Positions 1 to 8,068 of a stretch of 64,000 nucleotides of DNA are shown here, in pieces. The stretch is from Bacilli bacterium (GTDB lineage: Bacteria > Bacillota_I > Bacilli_A > RF39 > UBA660): NCBI GenBank assembly GCA_046704245.1, contig JBJKSD010000001.1, positions 2,993 to 66,992 of the forward strand, written 5' to 3'. Within the stretch, counting starts at the first letter, position 1. Every line of letters starts with the position of its first letter. A program made the position numbers and the translations under genes. Under the pieces are notes generated by a model. That model had not been told where the DNA came from, ran no database searches, and saw nothing but the letters and a program-made list of their open reading frames with translations.

Positions 1-1033
1 TAAAGGTACTAATATTAAACTAGCACTATTAACTAGTAGTATTGATCGCCGCCAAAAACAAAAGATTTATGAAGATATTAAAAATGGTGATATTGATATT
101 GTTATAGGTACTCATGCTTTAATTCAAGAAGAATTAAAGTATCATAACTTAGGTCTAGTTATTACCGATGAACAACATCGTTTTGGGGTCAATCAACGAG
201 CAAACTTGCAAAATAAAGGTTATATGCCAGATGTCTTATATATGAGTGCTACGCCAATCCCTAGAACTTATGCTCTAACTATCTATGGTGATATGGATAT
301 TTCAAGTATTAAAACTATGCCTAGTGGGCGAAAAGAAATAATTACTTATTTAAAAAGCACTAGAGAATTAAAAGAAGTATTAGAATTAATGTGGCAAGAA
401 TTACAACAAGGTCATCAGATATATGTTATTGCCCCTTTAATTGAAGAAAGTGAAAAAGTTGATCTAACTAATGTTAATTTATTAAAAGAAAAGATGGAAT
501 TAGCATTTGGAGGCCAATATAATATTGATATTCTACATGGTAAGATGTTAGCTAAAGATAAAGAACGAATAATGAAACAATTTACTACTAATAAAACGAA
601 TATATTAATTAGTACTACTGTTATTGAAGTAGGAATAGATACTCCTAATGCGACTATGATTGTTATCTTTGATGCTGATCACTTTGGATTAGCAACTCTT
701 CATCAATTAAGAGGCCGAGTAGGACGCAGTGATCTTCAATCATACGCTATATTAATTAGTGATAGTGAAAAAGAACGATTAAAAATTATGGAAGAAACTA
801 ATGATGGTTTTGATATTAGTGAAGCTGACTTTAATCTTCGTGGTCATGGTGATCTATTTGGTATTAAACAAAGTGGCGATATGTCATTTAAAGTAGCGGA
901 TTTAAAGAAAGATTTTAAAATCTTATTACAAGCCAAAGATGATTCAATGGAATTATTAACTCAAGGTAATATAGAAGATAGCAATAATCTGTTATTAAAA
1001 GATATAATTATCGAATTAGATCATCTAAATTAA
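1..1033 (+). CDS. recG: ATP-dependent DNA helicase RecG, C-terminal portion; the gene starts upstream of the window
   Basis: The frame is open from the window edge at position 2 with no stop before 1033. The translation contains helicase motif II (DEQHRFGV) and a C-terminal helicase domain (TTVIEVGIDTPNATMIVI, QLRGRVGRS). The track ORF 206..1033 is only the internal TTG-start segment. Confidence 0.85.
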   Translation, partial: KGTNIKLALLTSSIDRRQKQKIYEDIKNGDIDIVIGTHALIQEELKYHNLGLVITDEQHRFGVNQRANLQNKGYMPDVLYMSATPIPRTYALTIYGDMDISSIKTMPSGRKEIITYLKSTRELKEVLELMWQELQQGHQIYVIAPLIEESEKVDLTNVNLLKEKMELAFGGQYNIDILHGKMLAKDKERIMKQFTTNKTNILISTTVIEVGIDTPNATMIVIFDADHFGLATLHQLRGRVGRSDLQSYAILISDSEKERLKIMEETNDGFDISEADFNLRGHGDLFGIKQSGDMSFKVADLKKDFKILLQAKDDSMELLTQGNIEDSNNLLLKDIIIELDHLN

Positions 1034-1160
1034 TGTCAAAAATATGACAAATATTTTAAAAAAAATTATTCCTTTGTTGACTTTTCAAACTATAAATATT
1101 ATGATTATTATAGCGTGATTGGTTCACGCGCATTCTCACGGTTTAATTGTGAGAGTGCAT

Positions 1161-1211
1161 TCAACCAAAACCCCCTGAATTGAGTTCTCGCAAGAGAACT
1201 CTATTTTTTTG
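1161..1211 (+). repeat. Copy 1 of a repeated terminator-containing element; core is ccccctgaattgagttctcgcaagagaactctatttttttg
   Basis: Hairpin GAGTTCTC-gcaa-GAGAACTC followed by a T-run. Near-identical cores recur at 2824-2866 and 5212-5251. Additional hairpins (gcgtga..tcacgc and ctcac..gtgag) lie just upstream at 1113-1160. Confidence 0.7.
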
Positions 1212-1386
1212 TTTTATAGGATAAGGGATGGCCAAAACTTTCGAGGTGATTTTATCCCTCATTTACTCCTCAATTTTCCAATTAAAAAAGGTGTAATTTT
1301 AAAAAAACTATCATATAATGTATAAAAAGCAAATTATCAATTGATAATTTTTTTAAATGGTGTTATACTATTAATGGTGATGCATA

Positions 1387-1695
1387 TTGGACGCAAATTT
1401 AATACTAAGTAAAACAAAAAAAGCGATGCAAGATGCATCATATGATATGGTTCCAACTGTAAAAAATCGAAATTCAAGAAGAAAATATGGATTATCTTTA
1501 TATGATATAGAAGATTTTCTTTCAAAATTAGAAATAGCCGACTTAATTCAAGGACCAATAGTTGATAGAGATTATCCAAATGAAGAATTATTTATATTTA
1601 AAAAAGAAATAATACCCAATGTGATATTTTATGTAAAAATTAAAGAAAAGGATAATCAAATTAAAATTCTATCATGCCATGAAGATGAAAATTAG
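1387..1695 (+). CDS. MqsR-like type II toxin (putative mRNA interferase); the start could be the TTG at 1387 or the ATG at 1426
   Basis: The 102-aa product aligns by eye along its length with E. coli MqsR. The C-terminal segment VIFYVKIKEKDNQIKILSCHEDE matches MqsR QVYLKITVIHDVLIVSFKEK, LSKTKKAMQDAS matches LSQVKKLVNAG, and KYGLSLYDIEDFLSKLEIADL matches ELGLDFDGMCNVIIGLSESDF. A GGTGA ribosome-binding site precedes the start. Confidence 0.55.
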   Translation: MDANLILSKTKKAMQDASYDMVPTVKNRNSRRKYGLSLYDIEDFLSKLEIADLIQGPIVDRDYPNEELFIFKKEIIPNVIFYVKIKEKDNQIKILSCHEDEN

Positions 1696-1706
1696 GAGGG
1701 ATTTTT

Positions 1707-2672
1707 ATGGAAAATAGAGAAAATTTAAGAATAAGAAAGCAAACTGTGGAAGTTAAAGGTATTCTAATTGAATTTGAAGAATATTATAAAGTTGACCCAA
1801 TAACAGAAGAAGAATTATTTGATAGAGAACTAGAGATTGAAAATGATTCTAGACTTTATGATGCTTATAAAAAACAAAAAGGTCTGCTGACTACTCAAGA
1901 AATAAAAAACATAAGAAAAAAATACGGTATGACGCAAAAAGAGTATGCCACATCTATCGGTGTTGGCGAAGTGACTGTTCATAGATTTGAAAATGGTGCT
2001 ATTCAAACTGAATCTGTGGATGCAGTAATGAGATTAAGCGATGACCCTGATAATATGTGCAATTTATTGATAAAGAACCATATAAATTTACCAGAAGAAT
2101 CATATCAAAATTTTATGAAAAAGGTTAACGAGTTGCAAAGATTAAAAAGACATTGTATTGCAAAATACAACCTTAATGATTTTGTAGATTTGGATATTCA
2201 AACAATTGATGCAGAGATTGTATCCTCTTGTTTGATAAATAAATATAATAATCAATATGATTTGTTATCTCAAAAATATGATATTGAAGCAAACATTAAT
2301 TCTGAATATATTACTCCCCTTAAATTGCAAAAACTATTATATTATATTCAGGGACTATCGTTACATATTTTTGGGAAGCCAGCTTTTAACAATAAAATAT
2401 TAGCATGGGGGTATGGACCTGTAGTTAATGAAATATATCAAAAATATAAAGACAACGGTCGCTCTCAAATTACTGCTACAGAATGTGATTCATTAATTAG
2501 TAATGGTTTAAATAAAATAATTGATATTGTTATAGAAAGCTACGGTCAAATAGAATCTGGAAGATTAATTGATTTAACTCATGATGAAGAACCTTGGTAT
2601 AGTACTACTAAAGATTCTGAAATAACAACAGCAAAAATTAAAGACTATTTTAATAAAGTATACGATAACTAA
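1707..2672 (+). CDS. Fusion antitoxin: MqsA-like (zinc-less) N-terminal and HTH domains joined to a C-terminal Panacea (DUF4065, SocA-like) domain
   Basis: N-terminal segment RIRKQTVEVKGILIEFEEYY matches MqsA FRGRKTVLKGIHGLYCVHC. The HTH LTTQEIKNIRKKYGMTQKEYATSIGVGEVTVHRFENG matches MqsA KLSLTQKEAGELFGGGVNAFSRYEKG. The C-terminal half carries the Panacea signature PLKLQKLLYYIQGLSLHIFGKPAFNNKILAWGYGPVVNEIYQKY. A GGAGGG ribosome-binding site lies 6 nt upstream of the ATG, and the gene is separated by 11 nt from the upstream toxin gene. Confidence 0.6.
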   Translation: MENRENLRIRKQTVEVKGILIEFEEYYKVDPITEEELFDRELEIENDSRLYDAYKKQKGLLTTQEIKNIRKKYGMTQKEYATSIGVGEVTVHRFENGAIQTESVDAVMRLSDDPDNMCNLLIKNHINLPEESYQNFMKKVNELQRLKRHCIAKYNLNDFVDLDIQTIDAEIVSSCLINKYNNQYDLLSQKYDIEANINSEYITPLKLQKLLYYIQGLSLHIFGKPAFNNKILAWGYGPVVNEIYQKYKDNGRSQITATECDSLISNGLNKIIDIVIESYGQIESGRLIDLTHDEEPWYSTTKDSEITTAKIKDYFNKVYDN

Positions 2673-2673
2673 A

Positions 2674-2703
2674 ATAGAGAATTGCAATTCTCTATTTTTT
2701 GCC
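2674..2703 (+). terminator. Rho-independent terminator after the toxin-antitoxin pair
   Basis: Palindrome AGAGAATTgcAATTCTCT followed by TATTTTTT. Confidence 0.6.
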
Positions 2704-2776
2704 CCACTTTTATCCCACGACAAATCAAAAATAGCTAATAGCAATAAACAAAATTAAACAATAAGGTGCTTGCAAA

Positions 2777-2866
2777 ATAAAGTAAAAATGAATATTAGAT
2801 AATATAAAATAATGAAAAAACTACCCCCTGAATTGAGTTCTCGCAAGAGAATTCAATTTTTTTTTG
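2777..2866 (+). repeat. Copy 2 of the repeated element; a 27-bp upstream box aataaagtaaaaatgaatattagataa plus the terminator core
   Basis: The core ccccctgaattgagttctcgcaagagaattcaattttttttt preserves the hairpin with one G-U wobble relative to copy 1. The upstream box is shared with copy 3. Confidence 0.7.
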
Positions 2867-3009
2867 CATCTTATAACACAAGAGATTGCAGGAGCGAACC
2901 AAAACTTTTGGACCGTTATTACATCTTAATTATATCTTAACTTCCAACATTTAAATCATGTTATAATAATAGTAATGGATGTTGAAGTGAGGTAATTAGT
3001 ATAGGACAA

Positions 3010-4191
3010 GTGAAAACTATAACTAAACAAGATGAACCTAAACCTTCTGTTCTTAGTACATATCACCTAGCATTTAATTTTATTGGATATGTTAGTTTTT
3101 TTAATGCGCTTATCGCTCTCCATAAAAAGTGTAAAAATGATAAGAATATATTAAGATTTATGGAATTTGCAAACACTGTAATGCTCAAAGATTTTGCAAT
3201 AATTATAAATGAAATTTATAACTATATAAAATCAGGAGCCCCTGATATCTTTAAAAAAATGTGTGATGAACAACCAAGATTAGTAGACTTTTTAAGTTTT
3301 ATTAAAAAAATAAGAAACAATATGAAGTTTCTCCCAAAAAGAAAAACCATTAACGCAATCTTGAATTCATTGTCAAATAAATTTCCTAATAATTTTGGTA
3401 TAAAAAACAAAAATGATATTGTATATCATTGTGGTTATTTTTTTGGAAACAATGTTGTGTTTGGTTCTAACTTATATTCTGAATATATATTTTTTGAACC
3501 TAAGAAAATTTGTACACAAAAAGATGATTTGTTTCTTTTTACAAATGATATTTTTAAAAATATTCATATGTTATTTAAAGTTTTTGAAAAAGTTGTATTT
3601 AAAGATGATGTTAATATACCTAAGATTATCGTTAGAAAAAGAAAAAGATTCTTCCAAATATACCAACAAACCACCAAATTTGATAAAATGGTGAGAAAAA
3701 GCAAGTATAATAAATACACTGTCTTCATATTTATGTTAATTGTGGAGGAAATTTATAGTGCTAAAGTGTATTTTGAGTATATATTTGATATGGATAGTAC
3801 GATTAAGGATAGTTACTTGTTGTTTTTCTTCTCACAATATATTGCCATCAAATATGATCAAATTAGAGATGCTTTAGAATTGTTAGTTAGAGATGGTAAC
3901 AAATTTGGTGTTGATTACATAAGACTGAAAAAAGAAGTTGAAAAGCTAAATATATTTTCAGAAGATGTGAAATTATTTGTGGGAAAACTGCGAAACAGTC
4001 ATCATTGTACTGAATTTTCAAAATATATTTTAAATGGGGGACAAAATTTTATTAATCTCACTGAGCTATACTTAAGCATAGCTCAGCTAGAAAAATGGCC
4101 AGATGATTATATTATAATGTTAAATAAAATGAGATATGAACTTGATATAATATTAAAATTTTGTAGTAAAAATATAGGAATACACTATTGA
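3010..4191 (+). CDS. Hypothetical 393-aa protein with no recognisable domain; island cassette gene
   Basis: Long uninterrupted ORF in 27% GC DNA with a GTG start 5 nt after AGGA. The product is rich in K, N, F and Y, and I recognise no motifs. Confidence 0.5.
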   Translation: MKTITKQDEPKPSVLSTYHLAFNFIGYVSFFNALIALHKKCKNDKNILRFMEFANTVMLKDFAIIINEIYNYIKSGAPDIFKKMCDEQPRLVDFLSFIKKIRNNMKFLPKRKTINAILNSLSNKFPNNFGIKNKNDIVYHCGYFFGNNVVFGSNLYSEYIFFEPKKICTQKDDLFLFTNDIFKNIHMLFKVFEKVVFKDDVNIPKIIVRKRKRFFQIYQQTTKFDKMVRKSKYNKYTVFIFMLIVEEIYSAKVYFEYIFDMDSTIKDSYLLFFFSQYIAIKYDQIRDALELLVRDGNKFGVDYIRLKKEVEKLNIFSEDVKLFVGKLRNSHHCTEFSKYILNGGQNFINLTELYLSIAQLEKWPDDYIIMLNKMRYELDIILKFCSKNIGIHY

Positions 4192-4304
4192 TTGTACGAA
4201 AAAAGAAAAACGATATTCTACCTATTTTTTACCTCATTTATCAATTGGATAAAAAATATGATTGTCGATGATATAATAATATTAAATGAACTGTAGGTGT
4301 ATTT

Positions 4305-5036
4305 ATGTTTAAAGTAGAAAAAGTTTTAGATTTAAGTAATACTGAATTTGCAAAAGCATTTCAAGAATTAATTATAAAGTATTCTCATGAAAACATAGAA
4401 CTTGACGACAACAAAAGAATGTTTACAAAAATACCTATACCTATAAATGATAAGATTGTAAAATATAAGATGAGTATTTTAACAAAATATGTTAGAAGTG
4501 AAAAATATTTAAATGAATGTATTGAAATGGTAAATAAGTATGTTCAAGACCAGTCAGAAAACCCATCACTACATTATATTGAAAATATATATGAAATCAT
4601 AAAACTACAAATTATATCTTCAAGAGAAGCGTGGGAGATTCTAAAATTATTAATAAATGAAAGGGTTAAAAATCATAAAGAATTAGCAAAATGGTGTAAT
4701 GGGAAATATAAAAATTCCAATAAAATTCTTAAAGGATTGAAAAAGTTTTATGATATTAGAGGTGATATTGAGCATCCTAGCAAGAATATTTCAACAACAA
4801 TATTACAAAAGATAGGAGATAAAGTAATGTATCCTACTGCTACGTTTAATAATGAAACACATAATCTTTTTGACCTAGCGGTAGAATGTTTAAATATCAC
4901 TTTTTTAGCCCAAAGAATGTTTATTGAACTTGGTTTTTATTATAGTAAATATGTATTTGCAATTTCAGAAGGCGGCTCTATTTTTATTAATCAAAATTTC
5001 GATTCCAAGAGTGATATGAATCATAATGATAGCTAA
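4305..5036 (+). CDS. Hypothetical 243-aa protein with no recognisable domain; island cassette gene
   Basis: ORF with TAGGTG 7 nt upstream of the ATG. It is followed by repeat copy 3, which contains a terminator. Confidence 0.5.
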   Translation: MFKVEKVLDLSNTEFAKAFQELIIKYSHENIELDDNKRMFTKIPIPINDKIVKYKMSILTKYVRSEKYLNECIEMVNKYVQDQSENPSLHYIENIYEIIKLQIISSREAWEILKLLINERVKNHKELAKWCNGKYKNSNKILKGLKKFYDIRGDIEHPSKNISTTILQKIGDKVMYPTATFNNETHNLFDLAVECLNITFLAQRMFIELGFYYSKYVFAISEGGSIFINQNFDSKSDMNHNDS

Positions 5037-5173
5037 TAAATGGTGTTTTTATATTTTTTTATTCTGATACATTAAGTAAAAATTATATTTTTCATTTGAA
5101 ATATGGTTTTGCATCTTGCGAAACCAAAAACAAGTAAAAACAATAGATAATATTTAATAATAAACGCCTATAG

Positions 5174-5251
5174 AATAAAGTAAAAATAAATATTAGATAA
5201 AGAAAAAACTTCCCCTGAATTGAGTTCTTATAAGAGAACTCTATTTTTTTG
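5174..5251 (+). repeat. Copy 3 of the repeated element; upstream box plus terminator core
   Basis: The box aataaagtaaaaataaatattagataa matches copy 2 at 26 of 27 positions. The core tcccctgaattgagttcttataagagaactctattttttt keeps the stem through changes in the loop and adjacent stem positions (cgc to tat). Confidence 0.7.
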
Positions 5252-5294
5252 TTTAAAAAATAAAATATGGTAAACATTAATAACGAGGTGCTTT

Positions 5295-5867
5295 ATGACT
5301 AATAGATATCGTATATTACCATTACTTATTATCCTTATTATTGGTGTTAGTATTAATATCTTTTATGTAAAAAAAGATGTTGTTATTGATGATACTGTAT
5401 CTAAAATAATAAGTGATAAAGTATTTAATTATTTAGATCGAGAGCTATTCTTTTTAGATAGACCTAGTGATTTTAATGATTTTTATCTATTATTTGATGA
5501 TTATAAATTAAGTACTAAAAATTTTATTAATGTTTTTCAACATTTTAGAGATGATCAATTAATAGTTAAAAGAATATATCCATATATTAATCCTATGTAT
5601 GAAAATTATTTAAATGATTATATAGGAGAGATAATATTTATAAATGAAGATTTAAAATCAGGGTTAAATAGTAAGCTTGAAAAATATATAAGTATTTTAG
5701 ATAATTATGGTTTAGATGATGAGATAAACAAGGTTAATGTTTTTGGTGTTAATATTAGAGTAGTATTAATTAATACTTCTAATAAGAGTATGTATAATTT
5801 TTTAATTAATAATCCTAATATTAAGTTTAGTATGATGTTAGATGGACCTTTTTATAAAATAAAATAA
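5295..5867 (+). CDS. Hypothetical membrane-anchored protein; N-terminal transmembrane helix followed by a 160-aa soluble domain
   Basis: ORF with GAGGTG upstream. The N-terminus ILPLLIILIIGVSINIFYV is hydrophobic. Confidence 0.45.
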   Translation: MTNRYRILPLLIILIIGVSINIFYVKKDVVIDDTVSKIISDKVFNYLDRELFFLDRPSDFNDFYLLFDDYKLSTKNFINVFQHFRDDQLIVKRIYPYINPMYENYLNDYIGEIIFINEDLKSGLNSKLEKYISILDNYGLDDEINKVNVFGVNIRVVLINTSNKSMYNFLINNPNIKFSMMLDGPFYKIK

Positions 5868-5871
5868 CTAC

Positions 5872-6846
5872 TTAGTAGTTATTTTTTATTCCTTGATAGC
5901 TATTTCTTCTTACCAATTCTTTATCTATTTCATTTAATACTCCAAATTTTTTTATTAACCATTGTGGTTCTATTAAATCATCTGGTTTAGGATCACCAGT
6001 AAGACGATGAATTACTATTTCTTTAGGTAATAATTCTAATTGATTACATACAATATCGACATATTCTTCTTTGGTTAATACATGAAATGGTTCTTTTTTA
6101 TATAAGGTTGCTAATTTAGTATCTTTTAGAATATGTAACATATGAATTTTAATCCCTTGAATATCTAATCTAGCTAAATATTTTATTGTTTCTAGCATCA
6201 TATCTTTCGTTTCATAAGGTAGACCATTAATAATATGAACTACTACATGAATATTTCTTTTACGTAGTTTATTAACCATATCAGTAAAACATTCTAAAGT
6301 ATGGCATCTATTTATTAATTTAGCAGTACTATCATGAATAGTCTGTAACCCTAATTCTACTATTAAAAAAGTTCTTTTATTTAATTCTTCTAGATAATCT
6401 AATACTTCTTCACTAATAGTATCTGGTCTAGTAGCAATAGCTAAACCAATAACATTATCTAATTTTAATATGGGCTCATATTTTTGTTTTAATATGTCAA
6501 TACTAGCATAAGTATTGCTATTAGCTTGAAAATATCCAATATATTTACTATTAGGCCACTTCTTATTTATTACATCTCTAACTTTATTAAATTGGGTTAT
6601 TAGGTCATCATTTATATCTCCAGCATATTCTCCACCATGTAATTTAGAACAATAGATACATCCTCCTATACCTTTAGTACCATCAATATTAGGACAACTA
6701 AAACCAGCATTTAAACTTACTTTAAATACCTTAGATTGAAATTTATTTTGTAAGTAATAGTTAAATGTATGATAGCGTTTATTATCGTTAGAATAAGTAA
6801 ATATATTATTCGTATTAACACATCCTTATATTGAGTATAGCATAGA
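5872..6846 (-). pseudogene. TIGR01212 / YhcC-type radical SAM protein, disrupted (internal frameshift and no usable start codon)
   Basis: The C-terminal 135 aa (track ORF 5872..6279) resemble the family C-terminus (NIHVVVHIINGLPYET). The N-terminal 180 aa are encoded in a different frame between about 6303 and 6846 and contain the radical SAM cluster motif FSCPNIDGTKGIGGCIYC and ..LQTIHDSTAKLINRCH. The two frames are separated by stop codons on both sides near 6300-6315. The N-terminal frame has no ATG, GTG or TTG upstream of the motif. Confidence 0.5.
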
Positions 6847-6860
6847 CCAAGGAGCTTAAG

Positions 6861-7988
6861 ATGAAATTATTTAATACTAATGAAAAAAAATATAATCTAT
6901 TTATTATTTTATCTTCTTTTGCATATGGTATGGCTGAAATATATGTACCTATTGTTTTATATAATAAAGATTATAGTTTAAAATATATCTTTATCTATTT
7001 TGCATTAAAATATGCTATCACTCTTGTTAATTTTACTTTTGTATTTAAATTAGGGCGGCTGATTAAATTTAGATGGATATTAGTTATTAGTGCTCTAACA
7101 TTGGGTTTAAATTTTTATTTGTTATCGATTATTGATGGTTCATTATGGTTATTATTAATAACAGCTATTGTAGCTGCTATCTTTACCCAAACTTATTGGG
7201 TTAGCCGTCATTATTATGCTATTGAAGTATTAGCTAAACAAAGGATGGCTCATGAAGTAGGTAATATTATTATTTTTTCCCAAATAGCTATTATTCCTAG
7301 TGCCTTTTTAGGAGCTTTAGCGATTGAAAAATTTGGTTTAATAGGTTTAACCATTATTATTAGTGCTATTGTTTTAATTAGTTTAATACCAATCTTTTTT
7401 ATTAATGAAAAAAAGGAATATCGTTCATTAAGTATTTTAGAAACTTTTAAATTGATACCTAAGAGTAGTATAGGAGTTATTATCTTAGATCAATTTCGTC
7501 TAGCTATTGTTACCCTTTTCCCCCTTTATATCTTTTGGTATATTGCTAATACTTATCGTTATATAGGTGAATTAAATATGGCTATTGGAATAGCATCTTC
7601 GTTATTTATCTATTTTTTTAGTCATCGAATGAGTGCTACTAAAAATGATTACTTACATCTATCAGTTTTCTTATTAGGGATCGTCTTCTTAATTAAATTA
7701 AATACTATTAGCGCTAAAATGATGATGGTAGTAGCTATTCTTGAAGGATTATTTTCGAGAATGCAACTAACATCTTTTACTAAAAATTTATATGTGTTAG
7801 GTAAAAACTATGATGCATCATCTTATTTAATGGTCTATGAGATAGTTACTAATATAGCTAGTACTTTAATTTATATTGTGGGTTTATTATTCTTCTCATC
7901 TAATTTAAAGACTTTTTTATATCTGATTATCTTTCTTTTTATGTTAACTATTTTTGTTAATTTTAAAGATCAGAAGGAGGATTTATAA
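6861..7988 (+). CDS. Polytopic membrane protein, possibly a short MFS-type transporter
   Basis: 375 aa with about 10-12 predicted hydrophobic helices. GGAGC ribosome-binding site upstream. Confidence 0.4.
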   Translation: MKLFNTNEKKYNLFIILSSFAYGMAEIYVPIVLYNKDYSLKYIFIYFALKYAITLVNFTFVFKLGRLIKFRWILVISALTLGLNFYLLSIIDGSLWLLLITAIVAAIFTQTYWVSRHYYAIEVLAKQRMAHEVGNIIIFSQIAIIPSAFLGALAIEKFGLIGLTIIISAIVLISLIPIFFINEKKEYRSLSILETFKLIPKSSIGVIILDQFRLAIVTLFPLYIFWYIANTYRYIGELNMAIGIASSLFIYFFSHRMSATKNDYLHLSVFLLGIVFLIKLNTISAKMMMVVAILEGLFSRMQLTSFTKNLYVLGKNYDASSYLMVYEIVTNIASTLIYIVGLLFFSSNLKTFLYLIIFLFMLTIFVNFKDQKEDL

Positions 7989-8068
7989 TATTAGAAAGAA
8001 ATATGATAAATAATTGTTAATCATTATTTTTTATGTTATGATATATAAAGAATAATAGGGGTGATATT

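Noticed and set aside
1337-1579. Short antisense or embedded ORFs from the track: 1337-1579(-), 3222-3410(-), 3413-3694(+), 5092-5277(-), 10808-10990(-), 11467-11664(-), 17445-16981(-), 19771-19974(-), 21722-21928(-), 27559-27774(-), 27820-28041(-), 28514-28822(-), 30983-31186(-), 34119-34316(+), 34962-35165(+), 37138-37329(-), 39361-39678(-), 40777-41034(-), 43868-44065(+), 48382-48594(-), 48823-49071(-), 52142-53119(+), 54520-54729(-), 60476-60679(-).
   Set aside because: All lie inside or antisense to much longer, well-supported genes. They have low-complexity hydrophobic or Ser/Leu-rich translations typical of AT-rich off-frame reading, and none has a ribosome-binding site.
1100-5260. Interpreting the repeated element as integron attC sites or as IS/MITE terminal inverted repeats.
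   Set aside because: No integrase or transposase is in the window. The repeat is a simple 8-bp-stem hairpin plus T-run (a terminator) rather than the longer imperfect attC palindromes. I kept it as a finding because it may be a recombination hotspot, but I do not call it an integron.
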